Shown piece by piece: positions 49,555-59,786 of a stretch of DNA of 64,000 bases. The position numbers were made by a program, and so were the translations under genes. Positions within the stretch are counted from its first letter, which is position 1, and each line of letters opens with the position of its first letter. The notes under the pieces were generated by a model. It did not search any database and had not been told where the DNA came from. It saw only the letters and a list, made by a program, of their open reading frames with translations. This stretch comes from an uncultured Sphingomonadales bacterium. GTDB lineage: Bacteria; Pseudomonadota; Alphaproteobacteria; Sphingomonadales; Sphingomonadaceae. Where the stretch lies: positions 84,379 to 148,378 of the forward strand of contig CAILBC010000012.1 of assembly GCA_903832325.1 (NCBI GenBank). The letters run 5' to 3'.

Positions 49555-50709
49555 TCACAGTTTGCGCCCGATCAGCTCCTTCATGATCTCGTTGGTGCCG
49601 CCAAAGATGCGCGTGACGCGCGCACCGCGCCAGGCGCGGGCAATGGCATATTCGTTCATATAGCCAGCGCCGCCATGCAGTTGCAGGCATTTGTCCATCA
49701 CTTCCCACTGCAATTCGGTATGCCACAGCTTTGCCGCGGCGCCTTCCTCCGGGGTGAGTTCGCGCTTAAGATGGCGGGCCAGCGCCCAATCAAGATGGGC
49801 CCAGCCGACTTGCAGCTTGGTCTTCAGATCGGCGAGCGTGAAGCGCGTGTTCTGAAAATCGATCACCGGTTTGCCAAAGGCCTTGCGATCGCGGGTAAAG
49901 GCCACCGTATCGTCAAACGCGCGCTGCGCCGAGGCCTGCGCGCTGATCGCGATCGACAGGCGTTCCTGCGGCAGTTCGCTCATCAGATAGATGAAGCCCT
50001 TGCCCTCTTCGCCCAGGCAATTGGTGATCGGCACGCGCACATCGTTGAAAAACAGTTCCGACGTATCGGCTTCATCCTGGCCGATCTTGTCGAGATTGCG
50101 GCCGCGCTGAAACCCTTCGCGATCGCCTTCGACCAGCACGATAGAAACGCCCTTCCACGCCGGCTGCACGTCGGTATCGGTCTTGCAGCAGACCAGGATC
50201 AGATCGGCGTTCTGGCCATTGGTGATATAGGTCTTGGACCCGTTGATCACGTAATGGTTGCCATCTTTCTTTGCAGTGGTGCGCATGCTCTGAAGGTCGG
50301 ACCCGGTGCCCGGCTCGGTCATGGCGATGGCCGTAACCACCTCACCCGACACCATTTTCGGCAGCCATTTGCGCTTTTGCTCGTCAGAGCCATAGGTGAT
50401 CAGATAATTGACCACGATATCGGATTGCAGCGAAAACCCGGTGGTGACGCGGCCGTAATAGGCGCTTTCTTCGTCAACGATCGCGTTATAGCCGAAATCG
50501 AGCCCCAGCCCGCCGAATTCTTCGGGAACGGTGGGGCACAGCATGCCCAGCTCGCCGGCCTTTGGCCAGATCGATTTGGGGACAATGCCGTCCTCGGCCC
50601 ATTTCGCACCGTTCGGCTCGATTTCTTCCTGGAGAAATCGGCGCACGGTGTGGCGGAACGCCTCGTGGTCTTCGTTGTAGGCCGAGCGGGGGATCAGGTC
50701 GAGCGACAT
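49555..50709 (-). CDS. Acyl-CoA dehydrogenase
   Basis: IAMTEPGTGSDLQ, NGSKTYITNG, DTSELFF, QLHGGAGYM, IFGGTNEIMKE. Confidence 0.93.
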   Translation of the reverse strand: MSLDLIPRSAYNEDHEAFRHTVRRFLQEEIEPNGAKWAEDGIVPKSIWPKAGELGMLCPTVPEEFGGLGLDFGYNAIVDEESAYYGRVTTGFSLQSDIVVNYLITYGSDEQKRKWLPKMVSGEVVTAIAMTEPGTGSDLQSMRTTAKKDGNHYVINGSKTYITNGQNADLILVCCKTDTDVQPAWKGVSIVLVEGDREGFQRGRNLDKIGQDEADTSELFFNDVRVPITNCLGEEGKGFIYLMSELPQERLSIAISAQASAQRAFDDTVAFTRDRKAFGKPVIDFQNTRFTLADLKTKLQVGWAHLDWALARHLKRELTPEEGAAAKLWHTELQWEVMDKCLQLHGGAGYMNEYAIARAWRGARVTRIFGGTNEIMKELIGRKL

Positions 50710-50735
50710 GGCTTCGTCTCTCCGGGGTTTGGTTG

Positions 50736-50753
50736 GTTTACGCTGACGTAAGC
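50736..50753. promoter_or_regulatory. LiuR-like operator GTTTACGCTGACGTAAGC
   Basis: TTACG-N4-CGTAA palindrome close to the LiuR consensus sTTTACGTwwACGTAAAs as I recall it; ~27-44 bp upstream of the acyl-CoA dehydrogenase. Confidence 0.55.
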
Positions 50754-50831
50754 CAAGTCGCGGAGTGCGGTCAATCGAAATTAATCAAGCGATTAAAGGC
50801 CTGTCCCCTGGGCAGGCGCGATCTTTGCAAG

Positions 50832-51821
50832 TCAGATCGCGCCCCCGGTAAGGCGCTGGCAAATCAGATCCAGCTGGTCGAGTGTCTTGTAGCGAATCGT
50901 GACGGACCCGGTGCGCGGGTCCGTATCGGCGTTGATCGCCACCTTGAGCCCCAGAAATTCCTCCAGATGAGCCTGGACCGCGGCGATATCGGCGGATTCG
51001 CCAGGTGACCGATCGGCGCGCGCGCGGCGCGGCGCCGCAGCTTCCGGCCGGCCGATGCGCTTGGCCAGCTTTTCGGTTTCGCGCACCGACAGGCCCCGCG
51101 CCACCACATCGCGCGCCGCCGCCGCCGGATCAGGCAGCGTTGCCAGCGCGCGGGCATGGCCCATCGACAGCTCGTTGCGCTCAATCAGGCCGAGCACTTC
51201 ATCCGGCAAGCCCAGCAGGCGCATGATATTGGCGACATGGCTGCGTGATTTGTCGACAAAGCGCGCAATGTCCTGCTGTGTCAGCCCGTCGCGTTCAGAC
51301 AGCTTTTGATAGGCGCGCGCCTCTTCCACAGGGTTGAGATCTTCGCGCTGCAGGTTTTCGATCAGCGCCAGCGCGGTCACTTCGCGTTCGTCAAGCTGGC
51401 GCACGATCGCCGGGATTTCGTGAATGCGCGCGCGCTGCGATGCGCGCCAGCGCCGCTCACCCGCTACGAGCTGATAGCGATCTCCACCCAGTGGCCGCAC
51501 GACCACCGGCTGAATCACGCCGCGCGCCGCGATTGACGCGGCCAGTTCATCCAGCGCGGTTTCATCGAAATGGCGGCGCGGCTGATCAGGGTGGGGTTCG
51601 ATCTGCGCCACGGGCAAAAGCATCAGGCCGCCGTTGGCCGTGCCCGACAGCACGCGCGCCTCGGCGCCGGCGGGTGCTGCCGGGCCCTCGGCCGGCTGCG
51701 CCACCACTGCTTCTTCGCGGCGGGTTTCGCCCAGCAGCGCGCCAAGGCCCCGGCCCAGTGCCGGGCGGCGGGCAGTGGCCACCTTTGCCGCAGGTTGGGT
51801 TCCGGTCACATCGCCGCTCAT
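50832..51821 (-). CDS. parB: Chromosome partitioning protein ParB
   Basis: LGRGLGALL, QPRRHF, VAGERRWRA, LIENLQREDL. Confidence 0.96.
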   Translation of the reverse strand: MSGDVTGTQPAAKVATARRPALGRGLGALLGETRREEAVVAQPAEGPAAPAGAEARVLSGTANGGLMLLPVAQIEPHPDQPRRHFDETALDELAASIAARGVIQPVVVRPLGGDRYQLVAGERRWRASQRARIHEIPAIVRQLDEREVTALALIENLQREDLNPVEEARAYQKLSERDGLTQQDIARFVDKSRSHVANIMRLLGLPDEVLGLIERNELSMGHARALATLPDPAAAARDVVARGLSVRETEKLAKRIGRPEAAAPRRARADRSPGESADIAAVQAHLEEFLGLKVAINADTDPRTGSVTIRYKTLDQLDLICQRLTGGAI

Positions 51822-52594
51822 GCCGCTTTCCTCTTTGCGGGGAGGCGCGCGATGATTTCGCGGGCCAGCTTGATATAGGCCTGCGATCCGACACAGGCGT
51901 GGTCATAGATCAGCGCGGGCAAGCCGTGGCTGGGCGCTTCGGACAGGCGGACATTGCGCGGGATCACCGATTCGAAGACCAGATCGTTCAGGCACGACCG
52001 CACGTCTTCCGCCACCTGGTCGGTAAGCCGGTTGCGGCGGTCATACATCGTCAGCACGATGCCCAGGATGCCAAGATCGGCGTTGAAGCGTTCCTGCACG
52101 CGCTCGACCGTCTGCAACAACTGGCTCAACCCCTCCAGCGCGAAAAATTCGCATTGCAGCGGCACAAGAAGCGTATCGGCCGCGCTGAGTGCATTGAGCG
52201 TGAGCAGCCCGAGCGAGGGCGGGCAATCAATCAGGCAGATGTCATGCCCAGAATCGTTCGCGAGCGCGCGACGCAGCCGTTCGGTGCGATTGTCGACCGA
52301 GACCAGTTCAACCTCTGCGCCTGACAGATCGACCGTGGCGGGAACAAGATCGAGCCCGGGAATGCGTGTGGCCATATGGCATTCGGCCACCGGCACCTGA
52401 TCGATCAGCAATTCATAGGATGACCGTTCGCGGTCGGCAGTGCCAATGCCGAGCCCGGTGGAGGCATTGCCCTGGGGATCAAGATCAATCAGCAGCACTT
52501 TCGACCCGGTCGCCGCCAGCGCCGTGGCGACATTGATGGCGGTGGTGGTCTTGCCCACGCCGCCCTTCTGATTGGCAATCGCGATCGTGATCAT
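51818..52594 (-). CDS. parA: Chromosome partitioning ATPase ParA
   Basis: NQKGGVGKTTT, DLDPQGNAS, DCPPSLG, QCEFFALEG. Confidence 0.96.
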   Translation of the reverse strand: MITIAIANQKGGVGKTTTAINVATALAATGSKVLLIDLDPQGNASTGLGIGTADRERSSYELLIDQVPVAECHMATRIPGLDLVPATVDLSGAEVELVSVDNRTERLRRALANDSGHDICLIDCPPSLGLLTLNALSAADTLLVPLQCEFFALEGLSQLLQTVERVQERFNADLGILGIVLTMYDRRNRLTDQVAEDVRSCLNDLVFESVIPRNVRLSEAPSHGLPALIYDHACVGSQAYIKLAREIIARLPAKRKAA

Positions 52595-53316
52595 CGGTGC
52601 GCGCCTTTTCTGGCTGATTGGCCTTGGATTCGGGGCTGATTTGCTACGTCAGTCTGGCCCGACGGTGTTTCGAGCAGATGTCCGACCAGAACCCCGGCCG
52701 ACGAATCGGTCAGCGATTGTTCCACGTGGAACGTATGCCGCCACCCTTTCGCCAAGTCCTGCAATTCATGCCGGGCCTTGGCCCCCTTGGGCAACAACCA
52801 AAGTGTCTGCGGTGTGGAAAACCGTGCGGATAGATCGAGCAATCGTTCCAACGGAGCAAATGCACGCGCCGAAATTACCGCGTGCGTCTGCGCTGGCAAA
52901 TCTTCTACACGCGCCAGTACCACACTGACCCGATGCAGACCCAGCGAATCAACCACGCGCTGCAACCATTCGGTTCGCAACCGCCGCGAATCAACCAGAA
53001 CCACCGGGCGATCGGGCTGGAGCGCAGCAATCACCAGGCCAGGAAAGCCCGCCCCCGTTCCGAGATCGAGCCAGGACCCACCTGGCAATGTTCCACGTGA
53101 AACAGTCAGCAATTGGGCGCTGTCGACAATGTGGCGCTGCCACACGGTATCGAGACTGGACCGGGCAACCAGATTCTGCCGGCCATTTTCATCCACAAGC
53201 AAGTCCGCCAGCCGCGCCAACCGGTCGAGTGCCGCAGCGTCCGATCCGAAATGTTCGCACAACCAGGCACGCGCAGCATCTTCGGACTCCAGCGCGGGGG
53301 TGGCAGATGTCATCAT
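52591..53316 (-). CDS. rsmG: 16S rRNA m7G527 methyltransferase
   Basis: QNLV...[24 protein letters not shown]. Confidence 0.93.
   Translation of the reverse strand: MMTSATPALESEDAARAWLCEHFGSDAAALDRLARLADLLVDENGRQNLVARSSLDTVWQRHIVDSAQLLTVSRGTLPGGSWLDLGTGAGFPGLVIAALQPDRPVVLVDSRRLRTEWLQRVVDSLGLHRVSVVLARVEDLPAQTHAVISARAFAPLERLLDLSARFSTPQTLWLLPKGAKARHELQDLAKGWRHTFHVEQSLTDSSAGVLVGHLLETPSGQTDVANQPRIQGQSARKGAHR
52718..52733. promoter_or_regulatory. parS site (inside rsmG)
   Basis: TGTTCCACGTGGAACG. Confidence 0.8.
53089..53104. promoter_or_regulatory. parS site (inside rsmG)
   Basis: TGTTCCACGTGAAACA. Confidence 0.88.
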
Positions 53317-55157
53317 GCTGCCCGGCGGCGCGCGTGCACCAGCAGGCTTGCCAAAGCCGCGGGAGTAATCCCCGGCACGCGCCCGGCCACTGCCAGCGTC
53401 TCGGGCCGGGCCTGGGTCAACCGCTCCACCATTTCACGCGAAAGACCAGGCACGGCAGCAAAGGGAAAGTCATCACCAAGCACCACGCCGTCACTCGCGC
53501 GCAAGTCGCGCAATTCCGCCTCCTGCCGCGCCAGATAGGGCGCATAGGCGGCATCCTCCTCGATCTCCTCGGCCAACCATGGATCGATTGCCAGACCATC
53601 AAGCCAGGGCAAAACCCCCGCGAGCGTCATCTCGGGAAACCGCAGCCATTCGCCCAACGTGCGCCAGGCACCATCGGCGCGGATGGGCAGGCCCGCCTGC
53701 GCAAGATCGTTGGCCGTTACCTGGCGGGACAAGGCGTTCTCGATTACGCCCCGCTCCGCCTGCCGCCGTTCAAACCAGGTACGACGTTCCGACCCGATGC
53801 ATCCCGCCGCAATCGCCAGCGGCGTCAAGCGGGCCATGGCATTGTTCGCGCGAAGCCGCAGCCGGTATTCCGCGCGCGCAGTCAGCATGCGATAGGGTTC
53901 GCTCACGCCGTGCAGTGTCAGGTCGTCGATCATCACCGCGATGTAGCTGTTGGCACGATCGAGGTGCGGAGCTTCACGGCCGAGCACAATTGCAGCGGCA
54001 TTCAGCCCGGCAACCAACCCTTGCGCGGCGGCCTCTTCGTAACCGGTGGTGCCGTTGATCTGCCCAGCGCAATAAAGTCCGGGAATTGCGCGCAGCTCAA
54101 GGCTTGCCCGCAGGGCGCGCGGATCGATGTGATCGTATTCCACCGCATAGCCGGGCACGGTTATCGCCACCTGCTCCAGCCCTTCGATGCTGCGCATCAT
54201 CGCGATCTGGACGTCGGTGGGCAGCGAAGTCGATACGCCATTGGGATAGACCGCATGGTCATCGAGACCCTCGGGCTCAAGAAAAATCTGGTGCCCGTCG
54301 CGATCGCCAAAGCGGTGGATCTTGTCTTCAATGGACGGGCAATAGCGCGGCCCCTGAGCCCCGATCGCGCCGGTGAACAGTGGTGACCGATCGAGCCCGG
54401 CGCGGATGATATCGTGTGTTTGCGCATTGGTGCGCGCGATCGCGCAGAACACCTGGGGCAAGGCGCGGCCCCGGCTGAGCGGCGACATCGTCCAGGGTTC
54501 AGCGTCGCTTGGCTGTTCGGGCAAGCGCGCCCAATCGATCGTGCGTCCGTCCAGCCGGGGCGGGGTGCCGGTTTTCAACCGGGCCATTGGCAAATCGGCC
54601 GCACGCAACTGCGCCGCGAGGCGATGTGCGGCGTTTTCACCGATACGCCCGCCCTCCATTCGCTCTTCACCGCGATACAGCCGCCCACCGAGAAATGTCC
54701 CCGTGCACAGCACCACTGCGGAGGCTGCCAGCGCAGTCCCGTCGGCCAGATCAACCCCGCAAACACGCCCACCATTGAGCCGTAGCGCAGCCGCTTCGCC
54801 GCCAACGACCGTCAGACCCGCTTGCCCGGCAACGACGGCCTGGACTGCAGCGCGAAACCGCTTCCTGTCGGCCTGAATACGTGGCCCCTGCACCGCGCTG
54901 CCCTTGGACCGGTTGAGCATCCGGTAATGGATCGCCCCGGCATCCGCCGCGCGCGCCAGGACACCGTCAAAGGCATCGACTTCGCGCACAAGATGGCCCT
55001 TGCCGAGCCCGCCAATCGCCGGGTTGCAACTCATCGCCCCAATCGCCGCCGGATCAAACGAGACAAGCGCAGTGCGCGCGCCCATCCGCGCGGCAACGGT
55101 GGCCGCCTCGACGCCGGCATGCCCGCCGCCAACCACGATGACATCGAACTGGTGCAT
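53313..55157 (-). CDS. mnmG: tRNA uridine-5-carboxymethylaminomethyl synthesis enzyme
   Basis: [50 protein letters not shown]. Confidence 0.97.
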   Translation of the reverse strand: MHQFDVIVVGGGHAGVEAATVAARMGARTALVSFDPAAIGAMSCNPAIGGLGKGHLVREVDAFDGVLARAADAGAIHYRMLNRSKGSAVQGPRIQADRKRFRAAVQAVVAGQAGLTVVGGEAAALRLNGGRVCGVDLADGTALAASAVVLCTGTFLGGRLYRGEERMEGGRIGENAAHRLAAQLRAADLPMARLKTGTPPRLDGRTIDWARLPEQPSDAEPWTMSPLSRGRALPQVFCAIARTNAQTHDIIRAGLDRSPLFTGAIGAQGPRYCPSIEDKIHRFGDRDGHQIFLEPEGLDDHAVYPNGVSTSLPTDVQIAMMRSIEGLEQVAITVPGYAVEYDHIDPRALRASLELRAIPGLYCAGQINGTTGYEEAAAQGLVAGLNAAAIVLGREAPHLDRANSYIAVMIDDLTLHGVSEPYRMLTARAEYRLRLRANNAMARLTPLAIAAGCIGSERRTWFERRQAERGVIENALSRQVTANDLAQAGLPIRADGAWRTLGEWLRFPEMTLAGVLPWLDGLAIDPWLAEEIEEDAAYAPYLARQEAELRDLRASDGVVLGDDFPFAAVPGLSREMVERLTQARPETLAVAGRVPGITPAALASLLVHARRRAA

Positions 55158-55207
55158 GGTGGCGCGATACCGCATTCCACTGCCGAGGTCAAAAACACCG
55201 GACGCGA

Positions 55208-55223
55208 TGTTTCACGTGAAACA
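55208..55223. promoter_or_regulatory. parS site (perfect palindrome)
   Basis: TGTTTCACGTGAAACA. Confidence 0.95.
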
Positions 55224-55255
55224 CATGCAACGACGAGCCTCAGAAAGCCGTTCCG

Positions 55256-55271
55256 TGTTTCACGTGAAACA
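55256..55271. promoter_or_regulatory. parS site (perfect palindrome)
   Basis: TGTTTCACGTGAAACA. Confidence 0.95.
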
Positions 55272-55276
55272 TTGGC

Positions 55277-56575
55277 CTATTTGCCGATGCAGAACCGCCC
55301 GAACAGCGCATCGAGCATCGCTTCGACGTCCGTGCGCCCGATCAACGCATCAAGCGCGCGCCGGGCCACCCGCAAATTTTCTGCAGCCAGCAAGCCATCG
55401 CGCTGATCTACAGCCGCACGCAGGCCGTTGCGTACATTCTCAAGGCACACAGCCTGCCGCCGATTGAGCGCAGCCTGTCCTGGCACCGGCAGGGCCACGC
55501 GCGCGGCCTCCACGAGTGCCCCGCGCAGGGTGTCCATCCCGGCCCCACTATGAGCCGACACTGAAAGTGCGGTGGCTGACTTCCCCACGGCATCGGCACG
55601 ATCGCACTGCGCCGAAATTTCCAGCACCGGGCGATCAACCGGCCCTGCCCCTTCGGGCCCGAGCCATAGCACCAGATCGGCCCGCTCCGCCTCGGCACGG
55701 GCCCGCGCAATCCCGATCGCCTCGATTGCTCCGGCGCCCTCTTCGCGCAAGCCCGCCGTATCGACAATGCTGAATGGCACACCGTCGATCGCGACCGCTT
55801 GCACCAGCACATCGCGCGTGGTGCCGGGTTCGGGCGCCACAATCGCGCCTTCGCTCTCGATCAGTGCGTTGAACATCGTTGACTTGCCCGCATTGGGCGG
55901 CCCGGCCAGGACCACCCGAAACCCCTCGCGCAGGGGCTCTGCCCGCGGGCGATCGAGCCAGGCGGTCAGGCTGTCTGCCAGCGCCCTGCACTCCGTGGCA
56001 AACCCCGGTGGCAACGCCGTGCCCTCACCTGCCACATCGTCATCGTCGGCAAAATCGAGCGTTGCCTCCAGCCGCGCTGAAAGCATCAGCACAGCCACGC
56101 GCCAGCCTTCGGCCGCGCGCGACAGGGCGCCGCCGGCCATGGCCTGGGCGCTGCGCCTCTGGAGCTCGGTTTCAGCGGTCAGCAGATCAGCCAGGCCCTC
56201 GACCTCAGCCAGATCGAGCCGGCCATTGGCAAAGGCGCGCCGGGTGAATTCCCCGGGCTCGGCCTGACGTAGCCCAATCGCCGTCAATGCCCCGGCGATT
56301 GCGGCCGCAACCGCACGGCCCCCATGGCAATGAAGCTCTGCGCAGTCCTCACCCGTGGCACTGGCCGGCGTGGGAAACCACAGCACCAAAGCCCGATCGA
56401 GTTCGCCACCATCGCGTGGATCGCGCAGCACGCGCAAGCTCGCGCGGCGTGGCTTGGGCAGCGCCACGCAAAGCCGGCCCAACGCTTCGGCCGCCGCCGG
56501 GCCGCTGATCCGGATCACGCCAAGCGCAGCCGGCAATTGCCCGGAACTCAGTGCAAATATCGTGTCGATCGCCAT
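55277..56575 (-). CDS. mnmE: tRNA modification GTPase
   Basis: TGEDCAELHCHGG, EFTRRAF, GPPNAGKS, GTTRD, DTAGLR, C-terminal FCIGK. Confidence 0.96.
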   Translation of the reverse strand: MAIDTIFALSSGQLPAALGVIRISGPAAAEALGRLCVALPKPRRASLRVLRDPRDGGELDRALVLWFPTPASATGEDCAELHCHGGRAVAAAIAGALTAIGLRQAEPGEFTRRAFANGRLDLAEVEGLADLLTAETELQRRSAQAMAGGALSRAAEGWRVAVLMLSARLEATLDFADDDDVAGEGTALPPGFATECRALADSLTAWLDRPRAEPLREGFRVVLAGPPNAGKSTMFNALIESEGAIVAPEPGTTRDVLVQAVAIDGVPFSIVDTAGLREEGAGAIEAIGIARARAEAERADLVLWLGPEGAGPVDRPVLEISAQCDRADAVGKSATALSVSAHSGAGMDTLRGALVEAARVALPVPGQAALNRRQAVCLENVRNGLRAAVDQRDGLLAAENLRVARRALDALIGRTDVEAMLDALFGRFCIGK

Positions 56576-56622
56576 GCCGCGCCCTTATCCGAAATGCTGC
56601 ATCGCGGCACCCGGTTTCGGCG

Positions 56623-56910
56623 CTATTCCGGTTTGGGGTCGGCCTTGCTGCCACCCGTCATGCCGGACTTGAACCCGGCCATCGCCGCGCCGGCGCCCTG
56701 TTCGAAAAGCTGCTGAAACATCTTCAGCCCCATTTCACCCATGGGCGCCATCTGCCGCGCATATCCACTGATCTGTTCCAGCGAGCTTTCGCCCTTCATC
56801 GCCTTGACCACGGCCTCGACATAGGCGTCGTTCGCTTTCGACACATCGGGCAGCCCCAGGAAACGGCGCGCCTCTTCCGGAGTGCAGTCGATTTCAAAAT
56901 TGACTTTCAT
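56623..56910 (-). CDS. DUF6489-like small protein
   Basis: MKVNFEIDCTPEEARRFLGLPDV. Confidence 0.75.
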   Translation of the reverse strand: MKVNFEIDCTPEEARRFLGLPDVSKANDAYVEAVVKAMKGESSLEQISGYARQMAPMGEMGLKMFQQLFEQGAGAAMAGFKSGMTGGSKADPKPE

Positions 56911-57246
56911 CGGTGGTCCTTTCCCGCGATTGGCGTGCAACAGCGCGTCACCGGTCGTGCCCCGCAAGACTGTCACGGCAGATCACGCCTGTCCATGCCA
57001 ACGCTCTGCGCTGCATTTTCGCGTGGCCAATCGACGATCGACCAAACACTGCTGGCATAGGGACCAACACCTCTCAGAGCCTTGGCACCATCCGAATCTT
57101 GGCACCATCTGAAGCTTGGCCGGGATCAATGCAGCCGGCCCCGGATTGGTGTCACTGGACTCGGCGGGACAAGGTCCGGTACATTGCACCGTGATCTGCC
57201 AGGGCCTTGGCCGACAGGGCGTTGATCAAACCAGGAGGGCGCAGAA

Positions 57247-57630
57247 ATGCAATTGGGCTTGGCCGCGTGGCACCGCTACATGCTCGGGAACGATCCCGGC
57301 CTGCTTGACGAGCTCATCGCGGACGATGCGGTGTTCCATTCGCCCGTTGTCCACACACCGCAAGCGGGCAAGGCCAAAGTGCTGCTTTATCTGCACGCTG
57401 CCGGCAAAGTTCTGGGCAACGACGCCTTTCGCTACGTCCGCGAACTGGTCGACGGGCCAGAGGCGCTGCTCGAGTTTGAAACCGAAATCGATGGTATCCT
57501 GATCAACGGCATCGATCTGATCCGCTTCGATCTCGAAGGCCGGATTGTCGATTTCAAAGTCATGGTCCGCCCGCTGAAGGCCATCAACAAATTGTGGGGC
57601 ATGATGGCCGCGCAGCTTGAACAGCCCTGA
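57247..57630 (+). CDS. NTF2/SnoaL-like protein
   Basis: ADDAVFHSPVVHTPQ.G, INGIDLIRF, KVMVRPL. Confidence 0.85.
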   Translation: MQLGLAAWHRYMLGNDPGLLDELIADDAVFHSPVVHTPQAGKAKVLLYLHAAGKVLGNDAFRYVRELVDGPEALLEFETEIDGILINGIDLIRFDLEGRIVDFKVMVRPLKAINKLWGMMAAQLEQP

Positions 57631-57659
57631 CGCAAACCGAATCACAGTGTGTAAAACAA

Positions 57660-57693
57660 TTCGGGCGGCAAGATAAAACCTTTGCCGCCCGAA
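57660..57693. terminator. Hairpin between the convergent NTF2 gene and rho
   Basis: TTCGGGCGGCAA-N10-TTGCCGCCCGAA. Confidence 0.7.
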
Positions 57694-57698
57694 TGTGT

Positions 57699-58955
57699 TT
57701 ACTGGTTCATCGTCGCAAAGAAATCTTCGTTGGTTTTGGAATCCTTCATCTTGCCGAGAAGGAATTCCATCGCATCGACAGTGCCCATCTGCATCAGGAT
57801 ACGGCGGAGCACCCACATCTTGGATAGCTGGTCGCGCGCGACAAGCAGCTCTTCCTTGCGCGTGCCGCTCTTGCCAACGTCAAGCGCGGGGAAAATGCGC
57901 TTGTCCGCGACCTTGCGGTCGAGCACGATTTCCGAATTGCCGGTGCCCTTGAATTCTTCAAAGATCACTTCGTCCATCCGGCTGCCGGTATCGATCAGCG
58001 CGGTGGCGATGATGGAAAGCGAACCACCTTCCTCGATGTTGCGCGCGGCGCCAAAGAAGCGTTTCGGGCGCTGCAGCGCGTTGGCATCCACACCACCGGT
58101 CAGCACTTTGCCCGAGCTGGGCACCACGGTGTTGTAGGCACGACCGAGGCGCGTAATCGAATCGAGCAGAATCACCACATCGCGCTTGTGTTCCACCAGC
58201 CGCTTTGCCTTTTCGATCACCATTTCGGCAACCTGGACGTGGCGGGTGGCAGGTTCGTCAAACGTCGACGAAATGACTTCACCATTCACGGACCGCTGCA
58301 TGTCGGTCACTTCTTCCGGGCGTTCGTCGATCAGCAGCACGATCAGGAACACTTCGGGGTGGTTGTCGGTAATCGCCTTGGCAATGTTCTGCAGCAGCAC
58401 GGTCTTGCCGGTGCGCGGCGGCGCCACGATCAGCGCGCGCTGGCCTTTGCCCTGCGGGCTGACCAGATCGATCACGCGTGCCGACTTGTCCTTGACGGTG
58501 GGGTCCAGCGTATCGAGACGCAGGCGTTCATTGGGATAGAGCGGGGTCAGGTTGTCGAAATTGACGCGGTGGCGCACCGCATCGGGATCGTCGAAATTGA
58601 CCTTGATCAGCCGGGTAATCGCGAAATAGCGTTCGCCATCCTTGGGCTCGCGAATTTCGCCTTCCACCGTATCGCCGGTGCGCAGGCCCCATTTGCGGAC
58701 CTGATTCGGGGATACATAGATGTCGTCGGGCCCGGCGAGATAATTCGCTTCGGGGCTGCGCAGGAAACCGAACCCGTCGGGCATGACCTCGATGGTGCCG
58801 ATGCCCAGGATTTCTTCGCCGTCTTCGGCCATTTCCTTCAGGATGGCAAACATCAGGTCCTGGCGGCGCATCGTGCTGGCGCCTTCGACGCCCAGCTCTT
58901 CGGCCATTGCAACCAGCTCTGCCGGCTTCTTTTTCTTCAATTCTTTCAGATGCAT
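57699..58955 (-). CDS. rho: Transcription termination factor Rho
   Basis: [43 protein letters not shown]. Confidence 0.98.
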   Translation of the reverse strand: MHLKELKKKKPAELVAMAEELGVEGASTMRRQDLMFAILKEMAEDGEEILGIGTIEVMPDGFGFLRSPEANYLAGPDDIYVSPNQVRKWGLRTGDTVEGEIREPKDGERYFAITRLIKVNFDDPDAVRHRVNFDNLTPLYPNERLRLDTLDPTVKDKSARVIDLVSPQGKGQRALIVAPPRTGKTVLLQNIAKAITDNHPEVFLIVLLIDERPEEVTDMQRSVNGEVISSTFDEPATRHVQVAEMVIEKAKRLVEHKRDVVILLDSITRLGRAYNTVVPSSGKVLTGGVDANALQRPKRFFGAARNIEEGGSLSIIATALIDTGSRMDEVIFEEFKGTGNSEIVLDRKVADKRIFPALDVGKSGTRKEELLVARDQLSKMWVLRRILMQMGTVDAMEFLLGKMKDSKTNEDFFATMNQ

Positions 58956-59066
58956 GGGTATATTCCAGCAAGGGAGTGTGCCGGCCGGACGGTCATCGGG
59001 CTTGGAGAAAGCAGACCGTGTGCAGGCCGCAGGGCCCGCAACAGAAAAATCCGGAAGGTGGACTTG

Positions 59067-59095
59067 CCCTTATCGGCGCAGGCCCGCCGCGTCAA
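59067..59095 (-). promoter_or_regulatory. Putative rho promoter
   Basis: Minus strand TTGACG-N17-TAAGGG, followed by a ~110-nt leader. Confidence 0.45.
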
Positions 59096-59109
59096 TCGGC
59101 GACAACTGC

Positions 59110-59187
59110 AACCACGCCAGACAGCCTGGCCAGACAACCACGCCAGACAACCACGCCAGTCAGCCGGGCCAGAAAGCCTGGCCAGAC
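59110..59187. repeat. 13-bp tandem array, six units of two alternating types
   Basis: aaccacgccagac / agcctggccagac / aaccacgccagac / aaccacgccagtc / agccgggccagaa / agcctggccagac. Confidence 0.9.
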
Positions 59188-59209
59188 AGCCGCGGGCCGG
59201 CGCGCGCGT

Positions 59210-59653
59210 TCAGAAGGGCTTCACGATCACCAGAATGATGATGATCGCTGCGGCCACGCCCGGCACTTCATTGGCCAGCCGCAATTGCCGGCCGGTCAGT
59301 TTGCGTCGCCCGACTGCGAGATGGCGCGCATAATCGGCCATCCACACGTGATAGCCGCTCAGCACCAGCACCACTGCCAGCTTGGCATGGAACCACCCTT
59401 GCGTGAACCAGCCGCCACTCACCGCCAGCGCAAGACCCAGCACCCAGACCACGACCAGCGAAGGCCACAGGATGATTTTCAGCAGCCGCGCCTCACGATC
59501 GATCCACAGCGCGTTTTCCGCCGCATCCGCGGGCAGCTCCTGATGATAGACAAAGAACCGGGGCAGCATGAACAGCCCTGCCATCCAGAACACCACGAAA
59601 ATCACGTGGCCGGCCTTGAGCCAAAGATAGAGCATTGTGATCACCTGCAGCAT
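59210..59653 (-). CDS. hemJ: Protoporphyrinogen oxidase HemJ (CopD-like family)
   Basis: WLKAGHVIFVVFWMAGLFMLPRFFVYH, NEVP, VIVKPF; located between hemE and rho. Confidence 0.88.
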   Translation of the reverse strand: MLQVITMLYLWLKAGHVIFVVFWMAGLFMLPRFFVYHQELPADAAENALWIDREARLLKIILWPSLVVVWVLGLALAVSGGWFTQGWFHAKLAVVLVLSGYHVWMADYARHLAVGRRKLTGRQLRLANEVPGVAAAIIIILVIVKPF

Positions 59654-59786
59654 CAAACGACGATAGTCCGCTATGACCGCTGCCGGAAGGGCCGATCCAT
59701 TGCAAGCCGTCCTTTGTGGCGCATATACGGATGTGCGATGAGTGGAACGCATCGCACAACGTGACGCTCAGGCGCCGCGCGGGCTT

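Noticed and set aside
50781-50796. Possible CtrA box TTAA...TTAA
   Set aside because: Spacing is N8, not N7; kept only as an unassigned palindrome.
53430-53445. Degenerate parS CATTTCACGCGAAAGA in mnmG (also TGTTTCACCC at 62945)
   Set aside because: Four or more mismatches or a half-site only; explained by coding sequence or chance.
56911-57246. Possible pseudogene or sigma54 promoter (TGGCAC) in the DUF6489-NTF2 spacer
   Set aside because: No recognisable coding remnant; the TGGCAC copies lack the -12 TTGC and belong to a 17-bp duplication.
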